DNA from: Candidatus Latescibacterota bacterium
Lineage (GTDB): Bacteria > Latescibacterota > UBA2968 > UBA8231
Reading direction: 5' to 3'
Length of the DNA: 64,000 nt
Assembly (NCBI GenBank): GCA_965223905.1
Contig: CBDCXV010000011.1
Coordinates: forward strand, 1,216,001-1,280,000
A program made the translations under genes and the position numbers. The notes below the pieces were generated by a model. It ran no database searches and had not been told where the DNA came from. It saw nothing but the letters and a program-made list of their open reading frames with translations. Position 1 is the first letter of the stretch, and every line of letters starts with the position of its first letter. Shown piece by piece: positions 43,787-55,067 of this stretch.

Positions 43787-43801
43787 GCACGGACCGTGCC
43801 A
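43787..43801 (-). promoter_or_regulatory. Probable sigma54 promoter
   Basis: Minus strand TGGCAC-GGTCC-GTGC(A), about 65 bp upstream of the ATG at 43721. Confidence 0.45.
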
Positions 43802-44159
43802 GCGCCGCCGGGGGGCTGCCCGGGGCAGGCCAACCTATTGTGGAGCAAGGCGATAGGACCGAGCCCCCGGGGGCGGTCCACCGGTGGGGGGTGTCACCTG
43901 TTCGGGGCACTGGGTGGGGCGGTATGGGTACAGTTCGGGGACGGTCGCAGGATCGCGGCTGCCGTATGTCCTCAGTGTTGCGGCTGTCTACCTACTGCAT
44001 CGGGCAACCGCGTACCCGTTCAGGGGTGCCGCGCGGGGACCGGAGAACGGGGTCACCTGGCCTTCACCGGTGCTAGACGGAAAGGCAGGTGCCGGAGGTG
44101 TGGTGTCGCCCGAGTACAGTCAGGCGGCCAGGGGGTGCTCCGGGGAAATACGCGGTGGG

Positions 44160-44819
44160 CTACCGGAGCAGGAGCAGTCGCCGCGTTTGTACCCCGCCGG
44201 GATTGCTCAGCCGGCTGAGGTAGACGCCGGTGGCCACTGCAGCGCCCTGTTGATCGCGGCCGTCCCAGCGGACCTCGTAGGAGCCGGCGGTCTGGAATTC
44301 CTCCACCAGGGTGCGTACCGGCTGCCCCAAGGTGTTGTAGATCACCAGCCGCACCGGGCCGGCCACGGCCAGACGGTAGGGGATCTTCGTGGTGCCGTTG
44401 AAGGGATTGGGGTGATTGGGCTCCAGGCTGCTGGCGGACGGCGCCACAGGCGCTGACGCCTCCGCAACGTGCGTCGAGGCGCCTCCTGTATCCCACAGGA
44501 GAACGGTGCCGTCCCTGCTGCCGCTGGCAAGGGTGCGGCCGTCCGGAGAGAAAGCCACGGAACTGACCCGCTTCCGTTCCCCATACGCGTCAATGGACCT
44601 CTTTTTCCCGCCGGTATTCGAATCCCACACCTCGATCGGGCCGCGGCCTCCGCCAGCCAAGGTTCCATCGGAAGAAAACGACACGGAAGAGACCGATCCC
44701 CCATGCTCCAGGGTCGCCTGAAGCTGGCCGCCGAGGTTCCATAACCGGATGCCGTCGCGACTTCCGCTGGCCAGGGTGCAGCCATTCGGGGCGAACTGCT
44801 CATCGATGCAGCGCATCAA
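44160..44819 (-). pseudogene. C-terminal fragment of a WD40-repeat protein with FlgD-Ig tail
   Basis: SVAFSPDGRTLASGSRDGTVLLWD; PNHPNPFN; lacks N-terminus and signal peptide. Confidence 0.75.
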
Positions 44820-44977
44820 CTGCCGGTTGAAGGAGCTGCCTGATCTGGCGGTGCGCTCAGCGCCTTGACCGAAAGTCCAAAAAGGTGCCGCATTTTACCT
44901 ACTCCTTTGGGGTATATTCAGCCCTGAGCTGAGAACGTGTGTGCCAGTGGCGGACCTGCAAGGTCTCTGAGGCTTAC

Positions 44978-47092
44978 ATGCACCTGCCGATCCTTCCAAC
45001 AATCCTCCTGGGGCTGACGGCACTCGGGATTCCCGCAACGGCGGCGGAGACCGAGGTACCCTTTGCCGCCGGCACCGACCACAGCGGCCGGGCGCGGGCG
45101 GTGAGCGATGCGGAAGGCCGGGTGATGATCGAGTCGCCGGAGTTCCCCCGCGGCCTGTGGGTGGACCTGACGGATGAAGCCGGGCAGGCCTTGGCGGGCA
45201 TCCAGGTGGAGTATCAGGGCCGGGCCGACAGCCTGGTGGTCATCTGGTCCGTCGATCCGTCCGGTTTGCGGCAGGAGACGCTGCTGTGGACCCGCACCGA
45301 CGGGGACGCCTTGCGCCTGACCCTCCAGGCTGCGGACCCAGCTGACCTGCCACCGGGCTTGGCCTCCATCGACTGGCGGATCGACCCGGGCGCCGAAGAG
45401 CTGCTGGTGCTGAATCCGGTGGAAGGGCCCCTGCTCGCAGGCTGGGGGGACCTGAGGGCTTTCCTGCAGGAGCGCTGGATGGGGCGCACAGGGCGGGTAG
45501 CCGTGCAGGTCGACAGCACCACCCTGGCCGTGGACCTGGCTCACCCGGAGCCTGTAGACCGGCTGGTCGGCTACCTCCAGGACCAATCCCGGAGGTCACT
45601 GGGAGAAGCGCAAGCCCCCCTCGTGCAGACATTCCTGAGTCCATACGCATTTGACGAGGACCTTGCTCTCCTCAAGGACTCGATTGTCCTCATCGCCTAC
45701 CTCGTCCTGGTCCCGGGATCGGAGTTGGAACAGTGGGTATTGGGGTCATTGTCCAGATCCAGCGGCCCGGTCACCCTGTCGGAAGCCGCCGCGTTGACAA
45801 GGCTCGATGTCCCGGGCCGCAAGATCGTCGACGTGAGCCCTCTGGCGGCCCTGACCAACCTGGAAGCGTTGGTCCTGCGTTACAACGAGATCGTCGACCT
45901 GAGCCCTCTGGGCGGCCTGGCCCGATTGGAAGTGCTGGACCTGCGAAAAAACCAGATCGCCGATGTGAGTCCTCTGGCGGCCTTGACCAGCCTGCAACAG
46001 CTGCGGTTGGAGGACAACGAGATCGTCGACGTGAGCCCTCTGGCGGCCTTGACCGGATTGGAACTGCTGGCCCTGGCGGGCAACCAGATCACCGATGTGA
46101 GTCCTCTGGCGGCCTTGACCAGCCTGCAACAGCTGGGACTGAGCGAAAACCGGATCGTCGATGTGAGTCCTCTGGGTGCCCTGACCAGCTTGAAGTGGCT
46201 GACGCTTAATGACAGCGAGATCGTCGATGTGGGCGCTCTTGCCGCCCTGACTGGTTTGGAGGGACTGGTTTTGGCTGGAAACGAGATCGTCGACGTGGGT
46301 CCTCTGGCCGCCCTGACCGGCTTGAAGGAACTGGGGCTGCATTACAACGAGATCGTCGATGTGGATCCTCTGGCCGCCCTGACTGGCTTGGAAAGGCTTA
46401 GGCTGCGTGGGAACCGGATCGGCGATGTGCGTTCACTGGCCAACCTGACCCGTCTGGAATGGCTGGAACTGGGCGACAACCAGATCTTCGATGCGAGTCC
46501 TCTGGCGGCCATGACCCGTCTGGAATGGCTGGAACTGGGCGACAACCAGATCGTTGATGTGAGCTTCCTGGCGGCCATGACCGGCCTGGAAAGGCTTAGA
46601 CTGCATTACAACGGAATTGTCGATGTGAGTCCTCTGGCCTCCCTGACCCGCTTGGAGGGGCTGGGCCTAAGTGGTAACCGGATCCTCGATGTGAGGCCCC
46701 TGGGCTCCCTGACCCGCTTGGAACAGCTTGCGCTGGCTGGAAACGGAATCGTCGATGTGGGACCGTTGGCCTCCCTCACCAGCCTGTTCCTCCTGATCTT
46801 GTCCGACAACCAGATTCAGGACATCAGTCCTCTGGCCGCCATTACCGACTTGGAAGAGTTGGAGCTGGCTGGCAACGTGATCGTCGATCTGACCCCTCTC
46901 GCCACCCTGAGCGAGCTTTACTATCTGAACTTGCGCAACAACCAGGTCCAGGACATCAGTCCTCTGGTCGCCAGTACCGGTTTGGGTGAGGGAAGCTATG
47001 TCGACTTGCGAAACAACCCCCTCAGTGACCTGGCCATGAAGGAACAGATTCCCGCCCTGGAGGCACGGGGTGTCGAAGTCGACTACTACTGA
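44978..47092 (+). CDS. Internalin-like secreted LRR protein (~19 x 22 aa repeats)
   Basis: Signal peptide MHLPILPTILLG; LAALTxLExLxLxxNxIxDVSP repeats; 'LRNNPLS' cap. Confidence 0.9.
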   Translation: MHLPILPTILLGLTALGIPATAAETEVPFAAGTDHSGRARAVSDAEGRVMIESPEFPRGLWVDLTDEAGQALAGIQVEYQGRADSLVVIWSVDPSGLRQETLLWTRTDGDALRLTLQAADPADLPPGLASIDWRIDPGAEELLVLNPVEGPLLAGWGDLRAFLQERWMGRTGRVAVQVDSTTLAVDLAHPEPVDRLVGYLQDQSRRSLGEAQAPLVQTFLSPYAFDEDLALLKDSIVLIAYLVLVPGSELEQWVLGSLSRSSGPVTLSEAAALTRLDVPGRKIVDVSPLAALTNLEALVLRYNEIVDLSPLGGLARLEVLDLRKNQIADVSPLAALTSLQQLRLEDNEIVDVSPLAALTGLELLALAGNQITDVSPLAALTSLQQLGLSENRIVDVSPLGALTSLKWLTLNDSEIVDVGALAALTGLEGLVLAGNEIVDVGPLAALTGLKELGLHYNEIVDVDPLAALTGLERLRLRGNRIGDVRSLANLTRLEWLELGDNQIFDASPLAAMTRLEWLELGDNQIVDVSFLAAMTGLERLRLHYNGIVDVSPLASLTRLEGLGLSGNRILDVRPLGSLTRLEQLALAGNGIVDVGPLASLTSLFLLILSDNQIQDISPLAAITDLEELELAGNVIVDLTPLATLSELYYLNLRNNQVQDISPLVASTGLGEGSYVDLRNNPLSDLAMKEQIPALEARGVEVDYY

Positions 47093-47220
47093 CCCGACAT
47101 CTCCGGTTCCTCTCCTGCTGAACGGAACTACCGGTAGCGTTTTCCCGGTTGCAACCGTTCCTCCACGACCCGTCATCCCCTGCTCAGGGCACCAGATAAA
47201 GACTGCCGACGCCATCGACG

Positions 47221-47727
47221 TCATAGCTCTGTCCCTTGGTCGGCCTCCACATGATCCACCACTGGCCGCTCACGCGCCTCACCGTGAGGTTGAACCGGAT
47301 GCTGCCGCCCGGCGAGATCCGGAGGTTCCAGCGGCACCTCCCACTCGGCGCTCCACCGGCCATCTCCGACTCGGGCCCCGTACCTCACCCCGCGGGCGAG
47401 CCGTTGCCTCGCCTCCTCGCTCGCGCCCGTCTCGTTCTTGGTCTCCCAGGTCCCTTCGGTGTAGCCGCGCAGCACCTGCGTCTCCGCGAAGAGGTCGTCC
47501 GCCGCGTTGAAGGCGAGTTCCACGGCATCGCTGCCCCCCTAGACGGTCCCGAGATCGCGGGTCTCGGCGAGCTCGGTGACCAGGCCCACCCTGAGGGCGC
47601 TGCCGTCATGGGTCAGCCACGCCCACGCCGCCGGCTCGACGAGCGCTCCCGACACGTGCGCCTTGAGAACCATGGCTGCCTCCGGCGACAGGCCGCCCCA
47701 CTCCTCCGGCTGCAGCTCGCCGTCCAC
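47221..47727 (-). pseudogene. Frameshifted fragment of a CBM9/sugar-binding-like domain
   Basis: 'DGELQPEEW', 'DAMELAF', 'WSAEWEVP' spread over two frames. Confidence 0.4.
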
Positions 47728-47840
47728 GATTATCTCATAAAAAACATGCTATGGTATAGGAGAGAGACATGCAGCGTTTTGTTTCGGTGCCCGCGTTCCT
47801 GACGGTCTTTGCAATGGCCTCACATACCTCTGCTCAGAAG

Positions 47841-48426
47841 ATGGATACTTGGCGGAAATTGGTTTTTTCGCCCGACCTCCTGAAGGACTCCGTGCTTGTT
47901 ATTCAGGATGAGCGTGCGGACGTACTCACCGATCCACTTCGTTGGGGTATCCTCGAAATTCTCGGAGATGGGAAGTCCATTACGGAGATTTCGCAGACCC
48001 TGGAAGTAACCGATGCCCGGGTGCTCTATCACCTCCGACGCTTGGCACGAACGGGTGTCGTACGATTGGAGGAAGATGAAGGAGACCCTCGGGAATGGCG
48101 CTGTTTGCCGGCGGCAGGAACACTACGGGTCCGAGAGCCCCTTCCCGGAAAGGACCCAACTACTGAGGCCATACCAGCCGAGGTTGCCACCCAGTTCAAT
48201 CAAGCATTTCGCGAAGCTGCCGAGGGCTTGTACGGTTCGACATTTCAGATGGCAGTCAACCACAACCGGGCACGCCTGTCTGAAGAACAAGCAGCAGAAT
48301 TTAGTCGTCGAACTATTGGCTCTGATCGAAGAATACTTTCCCCCCGGGAAAGGGGACCGATCAGGCATCAAGTACGGTTTCCATGGGGTTCTCACCCCGA
48401 TTGACCTCCACCTTCTTGGGGACTGA
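47841..48426 (+). CDS. ArsR-like winged-helix regulator, frameshift near 48313
   Basis: LTDPLRWGILE.L...SITEI...L......V.YHLRRL...GVV; the C-terminus continues in the next frame (LLALIEEYFP...). Confidence 0.7.
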
Positions 48427-49081
48427 AAACCGGTTCGACGATTTGCTCTAAAGACTGACATGACCTTACCGCCGACCCCGGATGGTTCCCCGAGTACACC
48501 GAACCTGCGGTTCCTGTCTTCCCGGATACGCGGTCTTTCTTCAACGTCAACCCCACCGCTCGAGGCACCGTTCCTGATCGCCAAGTGTCCCGGCCATAGG
48601 TGAGTCCCCACCGGCGACGGCTTGCAGACCCAGGGGGGATCATTACCCCCTCCATCGGAGCTGGTGACCTTCCCGACCCCCGGTGCCAATCTGACATGCT
48701 TCCGTGTCGGAAACCTGAGCTTCTTCAACCGAAATCGGGGAGATGCGCTTTCCAGATCACCTGACTTTTTCAGCACGAATCCTGTGAAAATTGCCCGCCA
48801 GCCGACATCCCCCGTTTCCCCCTAAACAGCAAGGATCTGGATGTCCTGGTTCTCATTTTTCTCTATATGGTTATACCACACTTTTATTCATTTTGTTAGC
48901 TGACTTTTCGTAACATTCCGATGTAATTCCTTTTTCTTTGAGTGAATGAACCCAGTTATCACCATATGCCCGCATACAGTCGACCGCAGCTCGACGGTTG
49001 GAGGGGGTGGGTGTGACTATCCGCATTGCCCGCCAGCGGGAACAGTCCGGCCTCCCGCAAGCCGAGCCTTCCCGTTACGGG

Positions 49082-49150
49082 CTACCTGAGCAGGAGCAGC
49101 CGCCGAGTCTGCACCCCGCCGGGGTATCTCAGGCGGGCAAGATAGACCCC
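49082..49150 (-). pseudogene. Orphan FlgD-Ig C-terminal scrap
   Basis: GVYLARLRYPGGVQTRRLLLLR*, homologous to 44160-44230. Confidence 0.6.
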
Positions 49151-49316
49151 CGTAAGGGCACGGTGTGGACCATATCGTATACGTAAGCAGTGCGAGTTCG
49201 GAGCCGGCCTGTGCGCAAAATGGCCATGTAATTGACATTACCTCCCCCGCAATTTTTTTGGATAACCCCCAATTGGAACCCCCTGCGCCAACAACCCCTG
49301 GGAGCGACGGCGACTT

Positions 49317-50123
49317 GTGATCTCCGCATTCATCGAAACAGTCAACCCGCGTCCGAACTCACTCGGGAAACCGCTGGTTCGGCGGCTTGGTCGGATCCCG
49401 GCGGCCCTTCTCGTCGCCTGTGTGTCGGGCGCATCCTGTATCCACACGCAGGAGGCGGCCGAGGTGGAATTCAGCTTCTCTTTCCAAAGCGATGCCGAGG
49501 GGTGGAGCGCCGGATTCGCGGACCTGCCTGCCGACTTCGCCCCATCGATCTACGAGCTCGACTCCGGGCATCGCCGGCTTCCCGACGGCCTCGAAGGCAA
49601 CGGCCTCTACATCCAGGGGCACAATCGCAGCGACGACCTCTTCATGTTCTTCAAGAGGCAGGTCGGCGGACTGAAGGCCGATGCGGAATACACCGCCGTC
49701 CTGTACCTCGATCTGGCGACCAACGTCCCGGAAGGTCTGGTCGGCATCGGCGGCTCTCCCGGGGAGAGCGTGTTCGTGAAAACGGGAGCGTCCACCGTCG
49801 AGCCCCTGGCTCCCGAGGACGACAACGGATACTTCAGGATGAACATCGACAAGGGAAACCAGTCCAACGGGGGCCGGTCGATGGTTGTTCTGGGACACGT
49901 CGCTCACCCGGAGGTGACCGGCGAGGAGTACCGCATCAAATCCCTCAACAACTCCGGCAGTCCGGTGCATGTCACCGCGGACGGAGAAGGCAGGCTGTGG
50001 CTTGTCGCCGGCACCGATTCCGGATTCGAGGGTCTGAGCGCCTTCTACTACGCCCGCATCGCCTGCACGCTCACCCCGGTGGAAACTCCGGGCACGGGGG
50101 CTTCCCTCCTCGGGGTCGAATAG
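49317..50123 (+). CDS. Conserved hypothetical exported protein
   Basis: Hydrophobic N-terminus; GFAD.P, GHNRSDDLFMF, NIDKGNQ, GTDSGFEG. Start uncertain. Confidence 0.7.
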   Translation: MISAFIETVNPRPNSLGKPLVRRLGRIPAALLVACVSGASCIHTQEAAEVEFSFSFQSDAEGWSAGFADLPADFAPSIYELDSGHRRLPDGLEGNGLYIQGHNRSDDLFMFFKRQVGGLKADAEYTAVLYLDLATNVPEGLVGIGGSPGESVFVKTGASTVEPLAPEDDNGYFRMNIDKGNQSNGGRSMVVLGHVAHPEVTGEEYRIKSLNNSGSPVHVTADGEGRLWLVAGTDSGFEGLSAFYYARIACTLTPVETPGTGASLLGVE

Positions 50124-50147
50124 AGTTCGGACAGGTCGGGTTTACGA

Positions 50148-53100
50148 CTACGGCCTCCGGGCTTCCTCCGAAAACGCGCACACCCCGTTGGCCAGCCGCA
50201 TCTGCCGCACCGAGCGGCACTCCGGCTCGAACAGCTTCGGGCTCGCCACCAGGACGCAGACGCAGCGGGCGCGGCTGGTGGCGACGTTGAGCCGGTTGAG
50301 GCTGTACAGGAACTCCATGCCGCGCGGCGCATCCTCCGGGCTCGAGGTGGTCATGCTGTAGACGACGGCCGCGGCCTCCTGGCCCTGGAACCTGTCGACG
50401 GTGCCGACCTTCGCCCGGCGGCCGAGCTTCAGCTGCAGCTCGGCAACCTGGGCGTTGTAGGGGGCCACCACGAGGATGTCCTCGAGCCGCAGCGGTTTCG
50501 ATTTTCCGCCGACGTCCCTCCAGGTCACCCCCTCCCGGGTCAGCTCCGCCACCACCTCCGCGACCCGCGCCACCTCTTCCGGGCTGGTGCCCTGGTTCCC
50601 CTCGTGTTCCACCTCCTCCACCCACAGGCCGGCGCCGCGGTACTTCGTCGGCCCGGCAACGGCCTGGCGCTCCATGCCTTCGCGGGACGTCAGCTGCCCC
50701 TCGTAGAACTGCCGCGAGGTGAAGCCGCAGATCGCCGGGTGCAGGCGCCAGGTCTGCTCGAGGAACAGGCCCTTCTCCTCCGGCATGACGCTGCCCTCGC
50801 CGATCACGTGCTGCAGCGCCGACACGCCGGTCCCTTCCGGGTGGCTTCCCTTCTGCGGCTGTTCCAGCTGCTGCGGGTCGCCGAGCAGCACGAGGTTGCG
50901 GGTGCACGGACTCATGGCCAGGACGTTGGCGAGGCTCATCTGCCCCGCCTCGTCGACGAACAGCACGTCCAGCGACCCGGCGTACTGCTCGCGCGACCAC
51001 AGCCAGGCGGTACCGCCCACCACGTTGGCTTCCCCCGCCTCGAGGGCGGCGAGCAGCGCGTCGTTGCTATTGGTCTCCTCGATTCCCTCGGGCGGCTTGG
51101 CCGAGAGCTCGGTCACCTTGTGAATACAGGCCAGTTCCACCCGTTCGTCCGCCGCGGCTTTCAGGGCGCTCTGCAGCAGGTTGTCGATCACCTTGTGGCT
51201 CACCGCGGAGACCCCCACCCGCTTCCCCCGCTTCACCAGCTCGACGATCATGCGGCCCCCGGTGAAGGTCTTGCCGCTGCCCGGCGGACCCTGGACCGGC
51301 AGCGTTCCTCCGTCGAGCTCGCCGGCGAGGCGGCGGGCGGCATCGACTGCGGATTCCCCTTCGCGGCGCAGCGGACCGGGGGCGTTCCGCCGTGGAGAGA
51401 GTCGCAGCAGCAGGTCGCGGCCGGCGCGGGCGCAGCTGCCGGCATCACCGGCGTCCACTCCGTTTTCTGCAACCCATTCCCCGAGGCGCATCAGGCTATC
51501 CCGCAATACGTTCGTGCGCACTACGCCGAACTCGTACAGGCAACGCGGACGGTCCTCTTCCCTCCCTCCCGCCTGCTTGACATCCACCGTCCCGGCGATG
51601 AGGTCGATGCCGACAAGGTTCCCCAGCTTCGCGCCTTCGCCGTCATACAGCTCCGCCCCTTCCCCGATCTCGACGATCTGCTCCGGGTAGGAGTACCGGT
51701 GGCGAGGGTTCCTCTCCTTTCCCACCTTGGGCAGCTGCTCCTTCCAGACGAGCCCGGCGATCGCCGCCTTCTCGTCGAGGAGCTCCTCCCCGGGCAGGTC
51801 GCGGAGCCGGAAGAACTCCCACCAGGCCGTCTTCTCCTCGCGCCAGTGCCAGTCGAGCATGTAGGCGAGCAGCCAGCGCCCCTGCTCTTCGCCGTTGCGC
51901 TCCTCGGGCAGCTGTGACACCCCCTCCGTCAGTTGCCGGCGCAGATCCTCCAGCTCCTGCTGCCGCTCCGTCAGCTCCTCCCCGGGCTCCCCTTCCTTCA
52001 GCTGCGGCCGCGGCACCTCTTTCCCTTCCGCGACGCGGGCCCGCAGCTCCTCCAACCACTGCCGCAGCCGCCACGTCGACACGCAGTCGTCCTCGTTGTA
52101 CCCGCGCACGATCTCGCGGATCTCCTCCGGCGCATCCTGCCCCTGTCCGGTCTCCAGCAGCGCCTCCAGAAGGCGCTTCGGGCGGCTCACATCCGGCAGG
52201 GCGACGCGGCGCTCGTACCCGAAGAACCGCTCCAGCTCCTTGATCGAGTAGCTCTCGACGCCGGCGCGCACCGCCTGCCGCGTCACCCGGTAGAGGTCGA
52301 CGAAGGCCTCGGCGCGCAGCAGCTCGTCCACTTCCTGCTCGCGCGTGGCGTAGCGGCCCATCAGCCGCTTCAGGGCTGCGGGCTCGTACGCGGCGTAGTG
52401 GTAGACGTGCATCCCCGGATGCCGCCGGCGCCGCTCCATCACCATGTCGATGAAGTGCTCGAAGGCAGCTTTTTCCGATAGCCCGTCGTGCGCCCAGGTA
52501 TGGCAGTAGGCCGGATCCCCGCTGCTCCCGCCCGGGACTTCCGCCCACCCGAACAGGTACTCGAGGCCGGCCTCGCCGGCGAACGGGTCCCCCTCGAGAT
52601 CGAAGAACAGGTCCCCGGCATCCGGCTCCGGCAGGCGCGTCAGGCCGCTGTCCTCGCAGACCTCGAGCATCTCGTAGCAGGGCTCGGGGCTGGTGCGGTC
52701 CTTCAGCTGCACGTGCGCCTGGTGCTGGGAATGGTCCAGGCTCTCGCGGCTGCCCCGCTCCGGTTTCAGGCCGGGTTCGAGAGGTTCGCGGCCGAATCGC
52801 GCGAGGGTGTCGATCTCCCACCCGGTCAGCTCGCTCCGCTGCCCGCGCGTGATCCCCGCCACCAGGCTGAGGTGATCGTCGGCGCGGCGCTGCCCGTCGC
52901 ACAATCTCCACCAGTCGCAGACGTTGCAGTGCTCGCACGGCTCCGGGTAGGTGCCGGCTCCGTTGCGGGCCGCCTCCTCGAGGCGCGCCTTCACCCGACG
53001 GTAACAGGCCTCGTAGTGATCGACGCGGTACACCTCCGGCTCGAAACCGGTACCCGGGGTCACCACCTTGAGCTCGTCGGGCCTCCGCCCCTGCAGCCTG

Positions 53101-53555
53101 CCCAGCATCTCGGCGTAGAGGCAGAGCTGCAGGATGGTTCCCGGTTTCGTCTGCGCCGACAGCTTGGTATCCACCACCTCGTAGTGGTACTCCCCAAGGG
53201 TGCTTTTCCCAGGCACCCGCAGCAGCACGTCGGCGCGGCCGGTCCAGCACCCGTCCTCCAGCCAGGCCTGGGTGATGGCCCCGGAGCCCGCGGCCATGGC
53301 CTGGCGGGTCGCTGCGAGGTTCTGGTTTCCCCGCACCTCCTCCACTCGCACGCCCTGATCCCTGAGGTGGTCCAGGTAGGAGCGCTCGTGCTCCTCCCCT
53401 TTCTGCTGCAGCACCTCCAGGCCGGGGTCGTACCAGTAGGGTTTCTGCAGCTCACCTTTTGCCCGGCGCAGGTCGAGCTGGGTCTTGTGGCGGCAGGCGA
53501 GGTGACTGGCGAGGTCGGTGGCTGACAGCCTGAGACCGGATTCCGAGAAATGCAT
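50148..53555 (-). CDS. TM0106-family RecB-like nuclease / RNase H-like / SF1 helicase
   Basis: GRADVL...VDTK..LQL..Y, FFDLE, HYAAYE, YNEDDC, QGPPGSGKT, DEAGQ, GDPQQL, PYNAQ, GTVDRFQGQE, NVATSRAR. Confidence 0.9.
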   Translation of the reverse strand: MHFSESGLRLSATDLASHLACRHKTQLDLRRAKGELQKPYWYDPGLEVLQQKGEEHERSYLDHLRDQGVRVEEVRGNQNLAATRQAMAAGSGAITQAWLEDGCWTGRADVLLRVPGKSTLGEYHYEVVDTKLSAQTKPGTILQLCLYAEMLGRLQGRRPDELKVVTPGTGFEPEVYRVDHYEACYRRVKARLEEAARNGAGTYPEPCEHCNVCDWWRLCDGQRRADDHLSLVAGITRGQRSELTGWEIDTLARFGREPLEPGLKPERGSRESLDHSQHQAHVQLKDRTSPEPCYEMLEVCEDSGLTRLPEPDAGDLFFDLEGDPFAGEAGLEYLFGWAEVPGGSSGDPAYCHTWAHDGLSEKAAFEHFIDMVMERRRRHPGMHVYHYAAYEPAALKRLMGRYATREQEVDELLRAEAFVDLYRVTRQAVRAGVESYSIKELERFFGYERRVALPDVSRPKRLLEALLETGQGQDAPEEIREIVRGYNEDDCVSTWRLRQWLEELRARVAEGKEVPRPQLKEGEPGEELTERQQELEDLRRQLTEGVSQLPEERNGEEQGRWLLAYMLDWHWREEKTAWWEFFRLRDLPGEELLDEKAAIAGLVWKEQLPKVGKERNPRHRYSYPEQIVEIGEGAELYDGEGAKLGNLVGIDLIAGTVDVKQAGGREEDRPRCLYEFGVVRTNVLRDSLMRLGEWVAENGVDAGDAGSCARAGRDLLLRLSPRRNAPGPLRREGESAVDAARRLAGELDGGTLPVQGPPGSGKTFTGGRMIVELVKRGKRVGVSAVSHKVIDNLLQSALKAAADERVELACIHKVTELSAKPPEGIEETNSNDALLAALEAGEANVVGGTAWLWSREQYAGSLDVLFVDEAGQMSLANVLAMSPCTRNLVLLGDPQQLEQPQKGSHPEGTGVSALQHVIGEGSVMPEEKGLFLEQTWRLHPAICGFTSRQFYEGQLTSREGMERQAVAGPTKYRGAGLWVEEVEHEGNQGTSPEEVARVAEVVAELTREGVTWRDVGGKSKPLRLEDILVVAPYNAQVAELQLKLGRRAKVGTVDRFQGQEAAAVVYSMTTSSPEDAPRGMEFLYSLNRLNVATSRARCVCVLVASPKLFEPECRSVRQMRLANGVCAFSEEARRP

Positions 53556-53743
53556 TTACCTGATTCCTGGGTTGGACAGCGGTGGAAGGCCGTTCGGGCT
53601 GCGATGGATTGGGCCATTCCACATAACGGCGGTTGGGTATGGTGGCCGCAAAGATCGAACAATCCCCCTGTACAAGCCGGGCAAGAGCTGACGAGCGCAT
53701 TGGTCCCGTCCGCCACCGTCGTTGGTCCACATCCGGGCGGCGG

Positions 53744-55006
53744 TTACCCCGTTCCCTCCCCCTCCTCGGCGAACTGCCCCTCCCTTTCGAGCCGTTCCCA
53801 TACGCGCCGGAACGCCTCGCTGCCGTCCTCCTGCCAGAGCTCGAAACCGATGCCGCGGATCGCCCCCTCCTCCGTGCCGGTCTCCCTGCCGACCTGGGGG
53901 AAGGACTGGGTGTACAGAGTCGTGCCGTAGGGCAGGCGCAGCACCCCGATACCCTTCGGGATGCTCTCGTACGGATCGGGGTTGGCCGCCAGCCTGTGCA
54001 GGGCCTCGTCGTCGACCTCGACACCGAGGCCGGGAGCCTCGGGCACGCGCGCGCAGCCCTCGCTCACCCGGATCGGCTCGCGCAGGACGTCCTCCTCGTA
54101 CTGTTCCATCTGCGTGATCGCGTGGCCGGTTGCCGTGGGCAGCACCGCGGCGAGGTGCAGGACCAGGGCGGTGCTCAGCCCGTTGCCGACCAGCTGGAAC
54201 ATCACCTGGGTGTTGAGCAGCCCCAGAGCGGTGCCGCAGGCCAGCACGTTGCCGATGCCGCCGCCCCCGAGCATGTAGAGGTCGGCCATGCCGAGGGTGG
54301 CGTCCATGGCGGTTCCGAGCTGGCCGCCGTGCCCCATGATGAGGGGCATGCGGGTGCGCTCCCGCAGGTTGCGCCAGCCGTGGACGTCCCAGCGCGCCAG
54401 CGGATCATCGACGAACCCGACCACCGGGCGATCCTCGAGCTGCCGCAGGACCGGCAGCACCGTGGCCACGGTACGCGGCTGGCGGCTGTGGAGGGCGCCT
54501 CCGTTGAAGTCGTAGTGGATGCGGAAACCGGCAGGCGACGCGGCCTCGGCGCAGGCGGTATGCTCCATCACGTCCCACAGCGGCGAGGTGTGCATCTTGA
54601 GGATGGTGTAACCCCCGGCCGCGGCGTGCCGCACCTCTTCAGCGAACTCGGCAGGAGAGCAGGGCCGCGTCCAGGCCGCCAGCGACACGGCATCGCGCCG
54701 CTTCTGCCCCATCAGCTTGTAGGCCGGGACCTCGAGCCGCTTCCCCATCAGGTCGTACAGGGCCGCGACCAGGCCGTGGTTGAGGTTGCTGCCGACGAAG
54801 TCGAACGGGTCGCGGCCGATGACCGGCTCCACCGCGGACCGGGGCGGCACCGGGCCCCGCGTCTCCCCGTAGCCGACCAGCCCGGAGTCGGTGGCGACGC
54901 GGTACACGGCGATCTTGGAGACCTGCCCGTAAAAGGCGAAGTTGCCGCGGTTGCGGGCCTGGTTTCGGGGATGGATCTGGAAGAGGTCTACGTCGGTGAT
55001 TTTCAT
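53744..55006 (-). CDS. Mandelate racemase/enolase-superfamily protein
   Basis: ALYDLMGK, KMHT, YDFN, PEAPGLGVEVD; paralog of 60605..61831. Confidence 0.9.
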   Translation of the reverse strand: MKITDVDLFQIHPRNQARNRGNFAFYGQVSKIAVYRVATDSGLVGYGETRGPVPPRSAVEPVIGRDPFDFVGSNLNHGLVAALYDLMGKRLEVPAYKLMGQKRRDAVSLAAWTRPCSPAEFAEEVRHAAAGGYTILKMHTSPLWDVMEHTACAEAASPAGFRIHYDFNGGALHSRQPRTVATVLPVLRQLEDRPVVGFVDDPLARWDVHGWRNLRERTRMPLIMGHGGQLGTAMDATLGMADLYMLGGGGIGNVLACGTALGLLNTQVMFQLVGNGLSTALVLHLAAVLPTATGHAITQMEQYEEDVLREPIRVSEGCARVPEAPGLGVEVDDEALHRLAANPDPYESIPKGIGVLRLPYGTTLYTQSFPQVGRETGTEEGAIRGIGFELWQEDGSEAFRRVWERLEREGQFAEEGEGTG

Positions 55007-55067
55007 GGGGGCCCGGGGCTCCCGGGGACAGCAACACGGACAGAGGCAGGCAGCCTGGAGGGGGACG

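Noticed and set aside
45780-46980. 66 bp periodic repeats as a second array
   Set aside because: These are the coding LRR units of the internalin-like protein.
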